DNA of 64,000 bases from Dehalococcoidia bacterium UBA2247. Its GTDB lineage: Bacteria > Chloroflexota > Dehalococcoidia > UBA2247. Under the pieces are notes generated by a model. It was not told the DNA's origin and made no database searches. It saw nothing but the letters and a program-made list of their open reading frames with translations. A program made the position numbers and the translations under genes. Within the stretch, counting starts at the first letter, position 1. Every line of letters starts with the position of its first letter. Of this stretch, positions 18,480 to 29,838 are shown piece by piece. Location: positions 45,216 to 109,215 of the forward strand of contig DDXZ01000030.1 in NCBI GenBank assembly GCA_002347295.1, written 5' to 3'.

Positions 18480-21400
18480 CTATTCTTCTGATACAGTCAT
18501 TTTCAGACCTAATTCGATAATTTGTTTTTGCAGATCATCACAATATTTTACCAGAAGAGACGGCATTTCTAATCTAACCATAGCATTATCATTTGACACT
18601 AATACTTCAACTACATCTTTACCGGGATACTCTCTCAGAATATCTAGTGCCCCACGCAAAAGCATGATATCGCCTTTTTCATTACCACTCTGGTTAATGT
18701 TTAATGTAATCTTTTTATTTTTCGCCTCAATAACCGGTTCTTCTTTTAGTTTCAATATCGAATCCTCAGTGGCGATAGAATCAAATGATTGAACCTCGTT
18801 ACAGACTACACCAGGACGGTCATCTCTCATTCTAACTACACCGCGTATTACAATTATGTTACCTTCGTACCATAAATCCCTGGTACGAGAATAAAGTTCT
18901 GCCCATGCAGTTACTTCCATATTACCATCCAGGTCTTCCAGTTCCGCAATAACAAAAGTTGTTCCTTTACGCGTTACCAGAGACCTTACTTTAGCAATAA
19001 TACCAGCAATAACCACTCCCCTCCCTGCCATATCAGCATCAATCTGACCGCAGGTAGTAGTAGTAATCGTCTTGAGTTTTTCTGTCGCATGTACAAAAGG
19101 GTGCTCCGAGAGATAAGTGCCCAGCATTTCCTTCTCCCAGGCATGTCGCTCTGCGGGAGAAATTTTTACCTCTGGTAGTTCCAGGACAGGAAGAGGCATT
19201 GATGCCTTTGCTCCCCACATATCAAACATAGTAACCTGCCCCGTTTCTTTCATTTTCTGCTCACGTTGTGAAGCAGACAAAATTACCTCGACACCCTGTA
19301 ATAATTGACCACGGTCGCCTATTTTATCTAATGCTCCTGCCTTTATTAAACTTTCCAGAGTTTTCCTGTTCATAACACGCAAATCAACCCGCCGGGAGAA
19401 ATCTTCAACAGATTTAAATTCCCCTCCTGTATTACGTGCAATTATTATGGGATTAATAGCTCCCTTACCAACATTTTTTATGTCCCCCAACCCAAAACGA
19501 ATAGCCGGCGTTCCATTGTCATCTTGTGCAATACTGAATGTAACATCACTACTGTTTATATCAGGTGGAAGAACATTAATACCCAAACGGCGACATTCAT
19601 TAATTGCAGAACTAATCTTATCCACCTTTCCGGAATGTACTACCAGAAATGCAGCCATATATTCCAGTGTAAAGTTCGCCTTCAAATATGCTGTTTGATA
19701 AGCAACCATAGCATAGCTCACACTATGAGCTTTATTAAAAGCATACCCGGCAAATGGCTCGATAAGAGCAAATATATCCTCTGCTACTTTTTTAGAGAAA
19801 TTTTTATTTGCGGCTCCATCCAGAAATTTCTGCCGCTCTTTTTTCATCACTTCTGGAATTTTCTTGCCCATCGCCTTACGTACTATATCTGCCTCTCCCA
19901 GGCTATATCCGGCAACGGACTGCACTATACGTAATACCTGATCCTGATAAACAATAACACCATATGTCTCTTTTAAGAATGGCTCCAGTACAGGATCGGG
20001 ATACTTGATAGGTTCCTTACCATGTTTCGCTTTAATAAAGGTAGGAATATGTTCCATAGGACCAGGTCGATAAAGCGCAATCATCGCGGCAATATCATTA
20101 AAGGTAGTTGGTTTAAGTTCTTTGATAAAACGCCTCATTCCGCCACCCTCAAGCTGGAAAACACCTTGTGTTTCTCCGGAACAGAATAAAGCAAAAGTCT
20201 TCGGATCATCCAGAGGAAGTTTATGCAAGTCAATATCAATTCCTCTGGTACTGGCAATGATATCCTTCGCTTTGGCTAAAACAGTTAAATTAGCCAGTCC
20301 CAGGATATCCATCTTTAATAGTCCCACGCGAGCCAAGCTTTCCATACTATATTGGGACATCACCATTCCCGTCTCGGAATCTCCTATTCTCTGTAGTGGC
20401 ACACGCTCAATAAGAGTATCATGGGCGATAACTATTCCTGCCGCATGAGTGCTAGCATGACGGGAAAAGCCTTCCAGCTGTCTTGCTGAATCTATCAAGC
20501 TTCGAATAATTTTATCCTGTTGGTATATATCCTGAAGTTCTGCACTTTCCGCAAGTGCCTTATCCAGAGTAATATTCAATACCTGTGGCACCAGTCTCAC
20601 GACACGGTCAACATCACTATATGTCATGCCCAGAGCACGACCAACATCACGCAATGCAGCACGAGCACCCAGAGTTCCAAAAGTTATGATTTGTGCCACA
20701 TGGTCTTCACCATATTTTTGCGAAATATAAGAAATAACCTCGTCCCGGCGGTCATCCTGGAAATCAAGATCAATATCTGGCATTTCTCTACGTTCAATAT
20801 TGAGAAAACGTTCGAAAACAAGTTCACTGGCAAGCGGATCAATATCAGTCACTTCAATACAATATAAAACAAGACTCGCGGCAGCACTGCCACGTACTCC
20901 AAAAAGGATATTTTGCTTTCTCACAAAAGATACGATGTCCCATATAACCAAAAAATAGTTGGCAAATTTTGTTTCATGAATAACACTAAGTTCATATCTC
21001 AGACGCTCTTCAATTTGTGGAGTGATATTATCATAACGCCTCTTCAATCCTTCCCAGCAGAGATCATTCAGATAATCCTCGGCATTTTTACTTTCCGGCA
21101 TATCGATTTCCGGAAGAAGAGGCCGACCAAACTCAAGATTTAAATTACACATTTCAGCAATGCGCCCGGCATTTTCTATTGCTTCAGGAATATCCTGATA
21201 TAAATCATTCATTTCCGCAGGACTTTTTAAATAAAAATAATCACCGGGCATCTTCATTCTCTTCTCACTGGAAACAGAGGAGTTCGTCTGAATGCATAAA
21301 AGTAAATCGTGTGCTGTGGCGTCCTTTTGATCAACGTAATGAACATCATTGGTGGCTACAAGAGGAATATCTAATTCTTTACCGATAGAAATTAGCTGGG

Positions 21401-21947
21401 AATTAACTTTTTCCAGATCCGGTATAGGATGTTTTTGTATCTCCAGATAATAATCCTGAAAAGTCTCCTTTGACCAGCGTGCAACATCACGAGCTTCGTC
21501 ATAGCAGCCTTTAACGATCAAACTGGGGATTTCACCCTGCAAACACCCTGAAAGCACAACCAGCCCCTTGTTGTACTGTTGCAGAAGGTCTTTATCAACT
21601 CTTGGCTTATAATAAAACCCTTCTAGATGTGCTAGACTTACCAAGCGCAACAAGTTCTTGTACCCCGTATCATCTTTAGCTAACAGAGTGAGATGATATG
21701 CAGTCTTTGCTTCAGCCTTTTTGTTCAGCCTTCCCTGCGGGGCAACATAAACTTCACAACCAATAATAGGCTTTATTCCTGCTGTACGAGCCGCAAGGTA
21801 AAAATCAATTGCGCCGTACATAACACCATGGTCCGTGATAGCAAGGCTATCCATCCCCATTTCCTTAGCCCGAGAAATAAGGGTTGAGATACGACACATG
21901 CCATCCAACAAACTGTATTCAGTATGCACATGAAGATGAGTAAACAT
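18480..21947 (-). CDS. dnaE: DNA polymerase III subunit alpha
   Basis: 1155 aa with a PHP N-terminal domain (HLHVHTEYSLLDG), polymerase core and OB fold. Confidence 0.9.
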   Translation of the reverse strand: MFTHLHVHTEYSLLDGMCRISTLISRAKEMGMDSLAITDHGVMYGAIDFYLAARTAGIKPIIGCEVYVAPQGRLNKKAEAKTAYHLTLLAKDDTGYKNLLRLVSLAHLEGFYYKPRVDKDLLQQYNKGLVVLSGCLQGEIPSLIVKGCYDEARDVARWSKETFQDYYLEIQKHPIPDLEKVNSQLISIGKELDIPLVATNDVHYVDQKDATAHDLLLCIQTNSSVSSEKRMKMPGDYFYLKSPAEMNDLYQDIPEAIENAGRIAEMCNLNLEFGRPLLPEIDMPESKNAEDYLNDLCWEGLKRRYDNITPQIEERLRYELSVIHETKFANYFLVIWDIVSFVRKQNILFGVRGSAAASLVLYCIEVTDIDPLASELVFERFLNIERREMPDIDLDFQDDRRDEVISYISQKYGEDHVAQIITFGTLGARAALRDVGRALGMTYSDVDRVVRLVPQVLNITLDKALAESAELQDIYQQDKIIRSLIDSARQLEGFSRHASTHAAGIVIAHDTLIERVPLQRIGDSETGMVMSQYSMESLARVGLLKMDILGLANLTVLAKAKDIIASTRGIDIDLHKLPLDDPKTFALFCSGETQGVFQLEGGGMRRFIKELKPTTFNDIAAMIALYRPGPMEHIPTFIKAKHGKEPIKYPDPVLEPFLKETYGVIVYQDQVLRIVQSVAGYSLGEADIVRKAMGKKIPEVMKKERQKFLDGAANKNFSKKVAEDIFALIEPFAGYAFNKAHSVSYAMVAYQTAYLKANFTLEYMAAFLVVHSGKVDKISSAINECRRLGINVLPPDINSSDVTFSIAQDDNGTPAIRFGLGDIKNVGKGAINPIIIARNTGGEFKSVEDFSRRVDLRVMNRKTLESLIKAGALDKIGDRGQLLQGVEVILSASQREQKMKETGQVTMFDMWGAKASMPLPVLELPEVKISPAERHAWEKEMLGTYLSEHPFVHATEKLKTITTTTCGQIDADMAGRGVVIAGIIAKVRSLVTRKGTTFVIAELEDLDGNMEVTAWAELYSRTRDLWYEGNIIVIRGVVRMRDDRPGVVCNEVQSFDSIATEDSILKLKEEPVIEAKNKKITLNINQSGNEKGDIMLLRGALDILREYPGKDVVEVLVSNDNAMVRLEMPSLLVKYCDDLQKQIIELGLKMTVSEE

Positions 21948-21974
21948 AATTCTCAGGTAACTATTTATTACTTT

Positions 21975-22853
21975 TTATAATACTATGTCTGCTATTCTTT
22001 TACCCGAGAGAGCAGCAAGCTGTTCTACTGACTCAAGGGGAACATTAATGCTGCCTATTTCTGCACCAATATCTCCTGTGTTAATACCATGATAATCGCT
22101 GCCACCCGTAGGTATCAGGCCATATTGTTGGGATATATTTGTTAAATATTCGATAGTCTCATTATTATAAAATCCGTAGTAAGTCTCAATACCAACTAAT
22201 CCCACAGACTTTAACTCATTTAGTATATTATCCAGATTCTCAATATTAGCCGGATGCGCCAGTACCGGTAGCGCTCCTGACCGCACCAGTAATTGGACCG
22301 CCTCAACAGGAGTTATTTTCTCTCTCTCAACGTAGGCCGGGCCATCATGACCAATATATTTATCAAATGCTTCCCGAAAATTAGATATCTGCCTGTTTTC
22401 CAGCATTACTTGAGCAATATGAGGACGCCCGATTGAACCTCCCGCTGACAATTGCTTAACACGTTCCAGGCTTATCGGCAAGCCCATATCCGCCAGTTTG
22501 GCTACCATCCTGACCGCACGTCTTTCCCGTGAATCCTTGAGTGTTTTCAAGACGCGTAATAACTCATCATCATGATAATTAATGTAATATCCCAGCACAT
22601 GTATTTCCCCTGCCGAAGTATCTGTACTTATTTCTATCCCGGGAATTACTATTATCCCTCCCGATTTACCGGCACTTTCCAGGGCCTCACTAATACCACC
22701 AATAGTATCATGGTCTGTAATTGCGATTACCTTCAATCCTCTATCAATTGCTGTAGCCACCACATCTGCGGGCCTCAGTTGCCCATCTGAAGCACTGGTA
22801 TGGATATGTAAGTCAACTAATCCCAAATTATTAACCAACCTTCCTGTCAACAC
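21975..22853 (-). CDS. PHP-domain phosphoesterase
   Basis: 'DLHIHTSASDG' PHP motif. The real start is probably the TTG near 22826 rather than the overlapping GTG. Confidence 0.6.
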   Translation of the reverse strand: MLTGRLVNNLGLVDLHIHTSASDGQLRPADVVATAIDRGLKVIAITDHDTIGGISEALESAGKSGGIIVIPGIEISTDTSAGEIHVLGYYINYHDDELLRVLKTLKDSRERRAVRMVAKLADMGLPISLERVKQLSAGGSIGRPHIAQVMLENRQISNFREAFDKYIGHDGPAYVEREKITPVEAVQLLVRSGALPVLAHPANIENLDNILNELKSVGLVGIETYYGFYNNETIEYLTNISQQYGLIPTGGSDYHGINTGDIGAEIGSINVPLESVEQLAALSGKRIADIVL

Positions 22854-23598
22854 GCTTAATATTCATGGCTTTACCTGTGTTTTCATCTATATCAATCAGT
22901 ACTGAATTTAAAAATAGATTCCCCTTACCAACCAGTATCGCATGGGGCATCTGCGTAAGAAACCTTTTCAGCACAGTATCAATATCATCTCCGATAATAG
23001 ATTCTGTCCCTCCTGCCATCCCGATATCAGTAACACGAGCGGTACCTCCGGGTAACACACGTGTGTCCACTGTTCCAACATGTGTGTGCGTTCCCACAAC
23101 AGCACTAACACGCCCATCCAGATAATAAGATAGAGCTCCTTTTTCTGAAGTGGCTTCCGCATGAAAATCCACTATTATGATACGCTTCGTGCCACCAATA
23201 TCGGATAACAACTTATCCATAGCGCGAAAAGGACAATCGTTAGCGGCCATAAACGTACGCCCTACCAGATTAACTACAATAACATTTCCTGCTTCCAGAT
23301 AACCTCTTCCCGGTAATCCGGGAGGAAAGTTCAAAGGACGCACAATGGGTAACTCGCTATCAAGATAGGGAATAATCTCTTTCTTATGCCAGATATGATT
23401 ACCTGTTGTAAGAACATCTACACCACCATTGAGTAATTCCTTCGCTGTTTCAGATGTTAATCCTACTCCACCTGCTGCATTCTCCGCATTCGCAATAACC
23501 AGATCTATACTATATTCACTTCGTAGTTCCGGAACAATATGCCTCACTGCTCGACGTCCCGGCCTACCGATAACATCTCCTACAACAAGAATCCTCAA
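22831..23598 (-). CDS. ymdB: YmdB-like metallophosphoesterase (2',3'-cyclic-nucleotide 2'-phosphodiesterase family)
   Basis: The N-terminus 'MRILVVGDVIGRPGR' is present. It lies immediately downstream of rny, as in the conserved rny-ymdB pair. Confidence 0.7.
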   Translation of the reverse strand: MRILVVGDVIGRPGRRAVRHIVPELRSEYSIDLVIANAENAAGGVGLTSETAKELLNGGVDVLTTGNHIWHKKEIIPYLDSELPIVRPLNFPPGLPGRGYLEAGNVIVVNLVGRTFMAANDCPFRAMDKLLSDIGGTKRIIIVDFHAEATSEKGALSYYLDGRVSAVVGTHTHVGTVDTRVLPGGTARVTDIGMAGGTESIIGDDIDTVLKRFLTQMPHAILVGKGNLFLNSVLIDIDENTGKAMNIKRVDRKVG

Positions 23599-23647
23599 AC
23601 TCTACCTCATTACCGGATTTTCAAAACAACTTTACTTTTAAACGCCT

Positions 23648-25177
23648 TTATTTAGCGTAATCAACTACTCTTGTCTCTCGAATAACCGTCACCTTTATCT
23701 GACCGGGATATTGCAGCTCTGCCTCTACTTTACTGGCAATATCTCTCGCTAACTTCGATGTTTCCAGGTCATTAACCTGTTCCGGTTTAACCAGAATACG
23801 AATCTCACGTCCTGCCTGAATAGCATATGACTTTTCTACACCATTAAAACTATTAGCAACACTCTCCAATGCTTCCAGACGCTTTAAATACTGGTCAATT
23901 GACTCACGTCTTGCCCCCGGTCTGGCTCCGCTTACGGCATCTGACGCTGCCACGATAAAACTTTCCACACTACTGAATGCTGACTCCTCATGGTGCTCTG
24001 CCACAGCTTTTGTCACGGCAGGCGATCTTTCCCATTTTTGCACAACATCAGCACCAATAGATGCGTGTGTTCCTTCTACTTCACAATCAATTGCCTTACC
24101 AATATCATGAAGTAGCGCAGCCCGCTTCGCGATATTAACATCAGCCCCCAGTTCGGCTGCGATAGCCGCAGCGATATGAGCCGCCTCGATACTATGAATA
24201 AGTACATTCTGTCCGTAGCTGAATCTATATTTCAAGCGACCTAAGAGCTTAATCAATTCAGGGTGTAATCCCTGCACTGCACCTTCATAAGCGGCTCGTT
24301 CACCTTCACTCTGTATTGTTGCTTCTACTTCGTTCTTTGCTTTTTGTACTACTTCTTCAATACGCGCAGGATGAATACGGCCATCAAGTATAAGCTTACT
24401 TAACGCGAGACGAGCTATTTCACGGCGTACAGGATCAAAACAAGAAAGAGTAACCGCTTCCGGAGTATCATCAATAATGAGTTCGACACCCGTAGCATGT
24501 TCCAGAGCACGAATATTGCGTCCTTCCCGCCCTATTATACGCCCCTTCATTTCATCACTGGGGATAGGAACTGTCGACACAGTTGCTTCTGATACAACAT
24601 CAGTAGCACATCTTTGAATAGCTGAGGCAAGAATTTCTCTTCCTCTATTATTCGCTTCTGCACTAAGACGTACTTCTAATTCACGCAGACGTTGCGCATT
24701 TTCTTCCCGTACCTGTGCCTCCAGTTTTTGTGCTAATAGTTCTTTTGCTTCAGCAGAAGTCATACCACCAATTAGCTCCAGCTGGTGGATTTGTTGTTGT
24801 TCTACTTTTTCAAGACGCTCTTTTATTTCCTCGGCAGCTTTTTCTTTGCGAGCTACGTCTTCCTCACGTTTTCTCACTACACCTGTGCGCTGCTCAATAC
24901 TATCTTCTCTTTGTGATAAACGCTTATCCCATCTCTGTAATTCTACACGGCGGTCCCGGCAATCTGCCTCCGCCTCCATTTTTATTTGTACCGCTTCTTC
25001 TTTTGCTTTTAATAATATTTCTTTACATTCATCTCTCGCTTGAGTTAGTAACTTATCGGCTTCCACCTCGGCCATACGAGCCTTACGAACAACACTCAAT
25101 TTTCTGATTAGATATCCAGCTATGCCTCCGACGACAAGCCCAATGATGAGCCAAAATAATATATCTCCAAATACCAC
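23648..25177 (-). CDS. rny: ribonuclease Y
   Basis: N-terminal TM helix, coiled-coil, KH domain and HD domain (HDIGK). Confidence 0.85.
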   Translation of the reverse strand: MVFGDILFWLIIGLVVGGIAGYLIRKLSVVRKARMAEVEADKLLTQARDECKEILLKAKEEAVQIKMEAEADCRDRRVELQRWDKRLSQREDSIEQRTGVVRKREEDVARKEKAAEEIKERLEKVEQQQIHQLELIGGMTSAEAKELLAQKLEAQVREENAQRLRELEVRLSAEANNRGREILASAIQRCATDVVSEATVSTVPIPSDEMKGRIIGREGRNIRALEHATGVELIIDDTPEAVTLSCFDPVRREIARLALSKLILDGRIHPARIEEVVQKAKNEVEATIQSEGERAAYEGAVQGLHPELIKLLGRLKYRFSYGQNVLIHSIEAAHIAAAIAAELGADVNIAKRAALLHDIGKAIDCEVEGTHASIGADVVQKWERSPAVTKAVAEHHEESAFSSVESFIVAASDAVSGARPGARRESIDQYLKRLEALESVANSFNGVEKSYAIQAGREIRILVKPEQVNDLETSKLARDIASKVEAELQYPGQIKVTVIRETRVVDYAK

Positions 25178-25320
25178 ATTGTCACCTCTTTATAAATCAT
25201 TAATAAATAACCCTAACGAGTTAACCTGAATCAGGATTACTACTTTAGCCAATAGTACCTTTCCCGCAATTTTGTGTCAAGAAATACCCCAGAAAATAAT
25301 CACTGGTAATCCACCCCTCT

Positions 25321-25358
25321 CGTGTCAACTCAAATAAAAATGTTACCGGAAGAGAGCC
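25321..25358. repeat. 38-bp repeat, inverted copy of 12057..12094, adjacent to the IS5-family remnant
   Basis: Exact reverse-complement identity over 38 bp. It lies between rny and the decayed IS5 transposase. Confidence 0.7.
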
Positions 25359-25513
25359 ATCCCCAGAGGGACTGCTCTCTGGCAACAAAAGTATGACAAG
25401 CGTACCAGTGTCGAGAGAGCTTACTCCGAAGAGAAGGGCAGTCACAAGTTATCCGATCCCCGAGTGAGGGGATTATCTAAGGTCAAGATCCATGTTTATC
25501 TAGCTCTGTGTGC

Positions 25514-26367
25514 TCAGATAATGAAGCACATCGGAGTTGCCGTAACCAAAGGATGGGTTAGACCGGAACCGGTAGCTTGTCCCATCAGAGCTTGAGCGAA
25601 CCTTAAAAAGATAATTCGGTTCTCTCCTGCTATTAGCGGGATCAGGTGGCTTTGTCTTAATGGGCTGATTATGCTGTTGTTAAAGTGCAATATCCTGCTA
25701 AGTTCGCGTCCTCCTGCCACCGTCTTGTCCCATCCAAAAATCTCCTCGACACGCTTGCGTATCCGTTGGCTCACCTGGTATCCGGAATGTCGAGTAGTAC
25801 GTCCGTCCACAATCGAAGTCTCGCGGCGGGCTACGTGTGGTGTGACTGCCATCGAGCGGCAACTTTTAACGAAATCCTTTGTGTCGTAGTTCTTATCTCC
25901 GCCTACGGTGATCCGTCGCTTCCCCGGTACTTTCCTCAGCATCTCAAACGTAGCGTCCCATCTACAGTGAAGTGGTCTTCTGATAACAGCTCGCGGCCTC
26001 TGGCCTCAGCAAGCACCGCCCCAAGAAACTCCCTAGCTATATCGTGCTCCAGCAGTCTCTCTTTGTTCTTGGAGAACACCGAGTTATCAAAGGCCGGGTC
26101 GATGATGTTCATGTCCATAAACCACTTGAATAACAGGTCATACTGAAGCCGCTCACAGAACTGGCGCTCGCTGCGCACCGAGTAAAGCGCCATCAGCAGA
26201 CATGCTTTCAAAAGGTGCTCCGGCGGTATCGATGGACGCCCAGTCTCGGCGTACATGCGCGTAAATGTGGGTGAAAGCTCGGCTAGCGCCTTGTCCACCA
26301 TCGGCTTGATCTTCCGAATCGGGTGGTCCTCAGGAACCAGGTCATTAGCTGTCACCAGACTCAACAT
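25514..26367 (-). pseudogene. IS5-family transposase remnant (N-terminal DUF772-like part and C-terminal DDE part in different frames, internal deletion)
   Basis: ORF 25936..26367 has the InsH-like N-terminus ('...FTVDGTL'). ORF 25514..25942 has the DDE_Tnp_1 C-terminal part. The two frames overlap by 7 nt and the middle of the domain is missing. Confidence 0.6.
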
Positions 26368-26719
26368 CGTTGTTTAACTGTCCGCTTTCCCTCTCATTGT
26401 GGCCTCCGATAATTTCGTTGGACTTAATCTACCACAATTACCGCACGAAGTCAGCTATTTTAAGGAACTTTTTCAACACCCTGTTAGTTACCGGTGATCA
26501 GGAGTTTCACAAATTTTAGCCGGACTGTAACTTGCAGATAGAATGGCTGGTCAACCAATAATTTGTTCTGACCCCAGTAGTGGAAAAACTGGAGCCTCAG
26601 TTGTATTATCAAAGGGGAGGAACGTCATGTGTTCTTTCGCTTAAGTGATTAAATTTTTAACGTGAGGAATTGTCTTCCCCGCTACGGATAAATATAAAAT
26701 ACTTTTACAGGAGTCTTCA

Positions 26720-27781
26720 ATGGAAGAGTTTTTTCAGAACTGGAAACCGGTTATCTATAATATTGGTATTATTGCTGGTGCTGTCATTACCGGCATCATA
26801 GTGCATTTTATCATCTTCCGCATTCTTGGTCGATTACACCGGAAGACATCAACTGTGTTTGATGATTCTTTGATAAAGCATATCCGAAGGCCATCAAAAT
26901 ATCTTTTAATACTACTGGCTCTTAATATTGTGATACCCTTCGTAGAGTTACCCCCAAGTCTTAATCTTATTTTTAATGATGTTTTTCGCTCTCTTTTTAT
27001 TATATCGGTATCATGGCTCATAATCCGTTTTCTCCTGGTGGGCGAGGATGTAATGCTCAGCCATTATGATATCAAGACCAAAGATAATCTGCGGGCGAGA
27101 AGATTATATACCCAGACACAAACAATCCGGAAAATAATAACTGTCGTTATAATAATAGTAACAGTGGCATTGGTATTAATGGGTTTCGATAAGTTTCGTC
27201 AGCTCGGTACAGGGATACTGGCTTCAGCAGGTATCGCCAGTATAATAATCGGACTGTCGACCCAGAAGATGCTTTCCAATTTTATCGCCGGTATTCAAAT
27301 AGCATTTACACAACCCATTCGTCTGGACGACGTCGTCATCGTGGAAAATGAATGGGGCTGGATAGAAGAGATATCATTAACCTATGTTGTTGTCCGAATA
27401 TGGGATTTGCGGCGTCTGATCTTGCCCATAAGCTATTTTATTGAAAAACCTTTTCAGAACTGGACAAGGACATCTGCCGACCTTCTTGGCACAGTTTTTC
27501 TCTATACTGATTACACTATACCGGTTCAAGAATTAAGAGCAGAACTCCAGCGTATTCTGGAAAGCTCGGATAAATGGGATGGGAAAGTATGTGGATTACA
27601 GGTAACAAATACCACCGAACGCACCATGGAATTGAGAGCGCTAATGAGTACGGCAGATTCATCCTTAGGATGGGACCTGCGCTGTGAAGTCAGGGAAAAA
27701 CTTATTGACTTTATCCGGGAAAAATATCCCGGTGCCTTACCGAAGACACGGGCGGAATTGCATAAGATAGACGATATTTAA
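26720..27781 (+). CDS. mechanosensitive ion channel family protein (MscS-like)
   Basis: Multiple N-terminal TM helices and a conserved MscS pore/beta-domain region ('GIQIAFTQPIRLDDVV'). Confidence 0.7.
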   Translation: MEEFFQNWKPVIYNIGIIAGAVITGIIVHFIIFRILGRLHRKTSTVFDDSLIKHIRRPSKYLLILLALNIVIPFVELPPSLNLIFNDVFRSLFIISVSWLIIRFLLVGEDVMLSHYDIKTKDNLRARRLYTQTQTIRKIITVVIIIVTVALVLMGFDKFRQLGTGILASAGIASIIIGLSTQKMLSNFIAGIQIAFTQPIRLDDVVIVENEWGWIEEISLTYVVVRIWDLRRLILPISYFIEKPFQNWTRTSADLLGTVFLYTDYTIPVQELRAELQRILESSDKWDGKVCGLQVTNTTERTMELRALMSTADSSLGWDLRCEVREKLIDFIREKYPGALPKTRAELHKIDDI

Positions 27782-27846
27782 TTATTATCGTTTGAATGTT
27801 TAATTCAGATTGACTATAAATAAACTGATAATACCCAACAAGCCAG

Positions 27847-28911
27847 TGATCTCGTTCAGATAGACAACTGACACTATAATAGTGTCATGAAAATAAGATA
27901 TAACATCGTTAAAGGAAGCTATCAATTAAGCAGATTAGCAATTGATCTGTCTAAAGAAGCGCAAGTCAGACTGAGCTGGTTTGATTCCTACCGGAATCAT
28001 CAGTATAACGCCCGCTTAACTTGCCGACACTTCGGGATATCGCCGCAGACCTTTTATCGCTGGCAGAAACGTTATGATCTTCATCATCGCAAAACTCTGG
28101 AAACCCGTTCCCGCCGTCCAAAGAGAGTGCGCCAACCAACCTATACTCTGGCACAGATTGAAGCCGTACGTAAGGTACGAGAATGTTATCCCCACAGAGG
28201 CAAAGACAAACTGGCGGTAGTGCTACGGGCAGCAGGATATGAATTGTCCGTTTCTCTGGCAGGACGCATCATCCCTTATCTCAAGAAACGTAATGTCTTA
28301 CGGGAATCCATAAGACATAAGGTATCCTCACGCAAATACGGAAGACCGGGACATTATGCCGTTCGTAAACCGCAAGAATACCAGGCGAAACTGCCGGCAG
28401 AATTAGTGCAACTGGATACTATGGATATCCCGCCCCTTACCCGGTATCGTCTTGAAACACTTCTCTTCTTACGATGTCGTCTCCCGTTGGAATGTCCTCG
28501 CTATTTACCATCAAGCTCCCGCGGAGAATGCCGCTCTCTTCTGGGATGATATCCCAAAACGTACTCCCCATATCATCAAATCCATACAGAGCGACGGCGG
28601 TAGTGAATTTCAATTCGGTATTCGAAGAGGAATGCCAAAAACGAAAGAGCAAACTCTTCGTTTTACCACTCCGATCACCCCAACTGAACGGAGTAGTGGA
28701 AAGAGCCAATCGTACCCATGCCGAGGAGTTCTATGAAGTCATTGATAGTACCTTTGACCTTGCAAATATCAGACCTGAACTCTTACAATGGGAACAGGTA
28801 AGTAATACTATCCGTCTCAACCAGGACTTGCGTTATCTCACCCCGCAACAGAATCTGGAGAAATATTATAAGAAGGTAATGTGTCACTAATGTACTGAAC
28901 GAGTACATTTA
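27847..28911 (+). mobile_element. rve-type IS (IS481-like), copy 1, transposase frameshifted
   Basis: Terminal sequences TGATCTCGTTCAG... and ...CTGAACGAGTACATTTA are shared with copy 2. The transposase is split over ORFs 27887..28549, 28452..28736 and 28474..28890, with D/D/E motifs LVQLDTMDI, SDGGSEF and VERANRT. Confidence 0.65.
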
Positions 28912-28979
28912 CGGACCGGGTTTTCGCAGGCAATCCGGCGGCAGTTTGCCTGCTGGATAAGTGGATTCCCGATGCCCTC

Positions 28980-29657
28980 ATGCAAAGCATTGCCACCGAA
29001 AATAATCTTTCGGAAACGGCTTTCGTCGTACCGGCAGGACCGCACTTTGAAATACGCTGGTTTACTCCCCAAGCGGAGATTGATCTGTGTGGTCACGCGA
29101 CACTGGCATCAGGTCATGTCCTTTTTCAGCATAAAAAATTCAGCGGTTCCAGCATCGAATTCTATTCTAAGAGCGGATTACTCACGGTGGAAAGGAATGG
29201 AGATATCCTCGTTCTCGATTTCCCCTCCCGCCCACCCGTACCCTGCACCATACCCCCAGGATTGGGGCAAGCTTTAGGACAGCATCCGCTGGCAGTACTT
29301 ACCGCGCGAGATTATCTCGTCGTCTTTCCCTCTGAAGAAATAGTGCGGAAACTCCAACCGGATATCGCTTTGCTCAACCAACTGGAGAAAGCTGTTATTG
29401 TAACTGCCTGGGGGAAGGAAGTTGATTTTGTTTCCCGCTTCTTTGCTCCGATATACGGCATACCGGAAGACCCCGTAACCGGTTCTTCTCACTGTACTCT
29501 TATCCCCTACTGGTCGAAGCAGTTGTCGAAGGATATTCTGGTTGCACTCCAGGTCTCGGCAAGAGGGGGAAAGCTCTACTGCCAAAACTGCGGCGACCGG
29601 GTGAAAATCGGCGGACATGCTGCCACTTATCTGCAGAGCTACCTGTCAAATTATTAA
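28980..29657 (+). CDS. PhzF-family isomerase-like protein, 5'-truncated by IS copy 1
   Basis: The PhzF signature 'GNPAAVCLL...SETAFV' is present. The frame continues upstream to the IS boundary at 28911, so the native N-terminus is lost. Confidence 0.5.
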   Translation: MQSIATENNLSETAFVVPAGPHFEIRWFTPQAEIDLCGHATLASGHVLFQHKKFSGSSIEFYSKSGLLTVERNGDILVLDFPSRPPVPCTIPPGLGQALGQHPLAVLTARDYLVVFPSEEIVRKLQPDIALLNQLEKAVIVTAWGKEVDFVSRFFAPIYGIPEDPVTGSSHCTLIPYWSKQLSKDILVALQVSARGGKLYCQNCGDRVKIGGHAATYLQSYLSNY

Positions 29658-29838
29658 CTATTTTCCCGGCGGAATTTATTTTCGTTTTCTTTAATTTACT
29701 TATCCCACAGCGATAACAAATGCGCTATTTTATCAATAAAAGCAGAACAGAACAAAACGTCGAGCGATGCTAACTCTCATTTGCCTCCGATAACAGGACG
29801 TGATATATTAGAGGACAAATATCGTCAGGAGGTTACGG

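Noticed and set aside
18480-25177. Numerous 60-140-aa antisense or overlapping ORFs inside dnaE, rny, priA and other large genes
   Set aside because: They lie within or antisense to strongly supported long genes, lack RBSs and have low-complexity composition. They are typical spurious frames.
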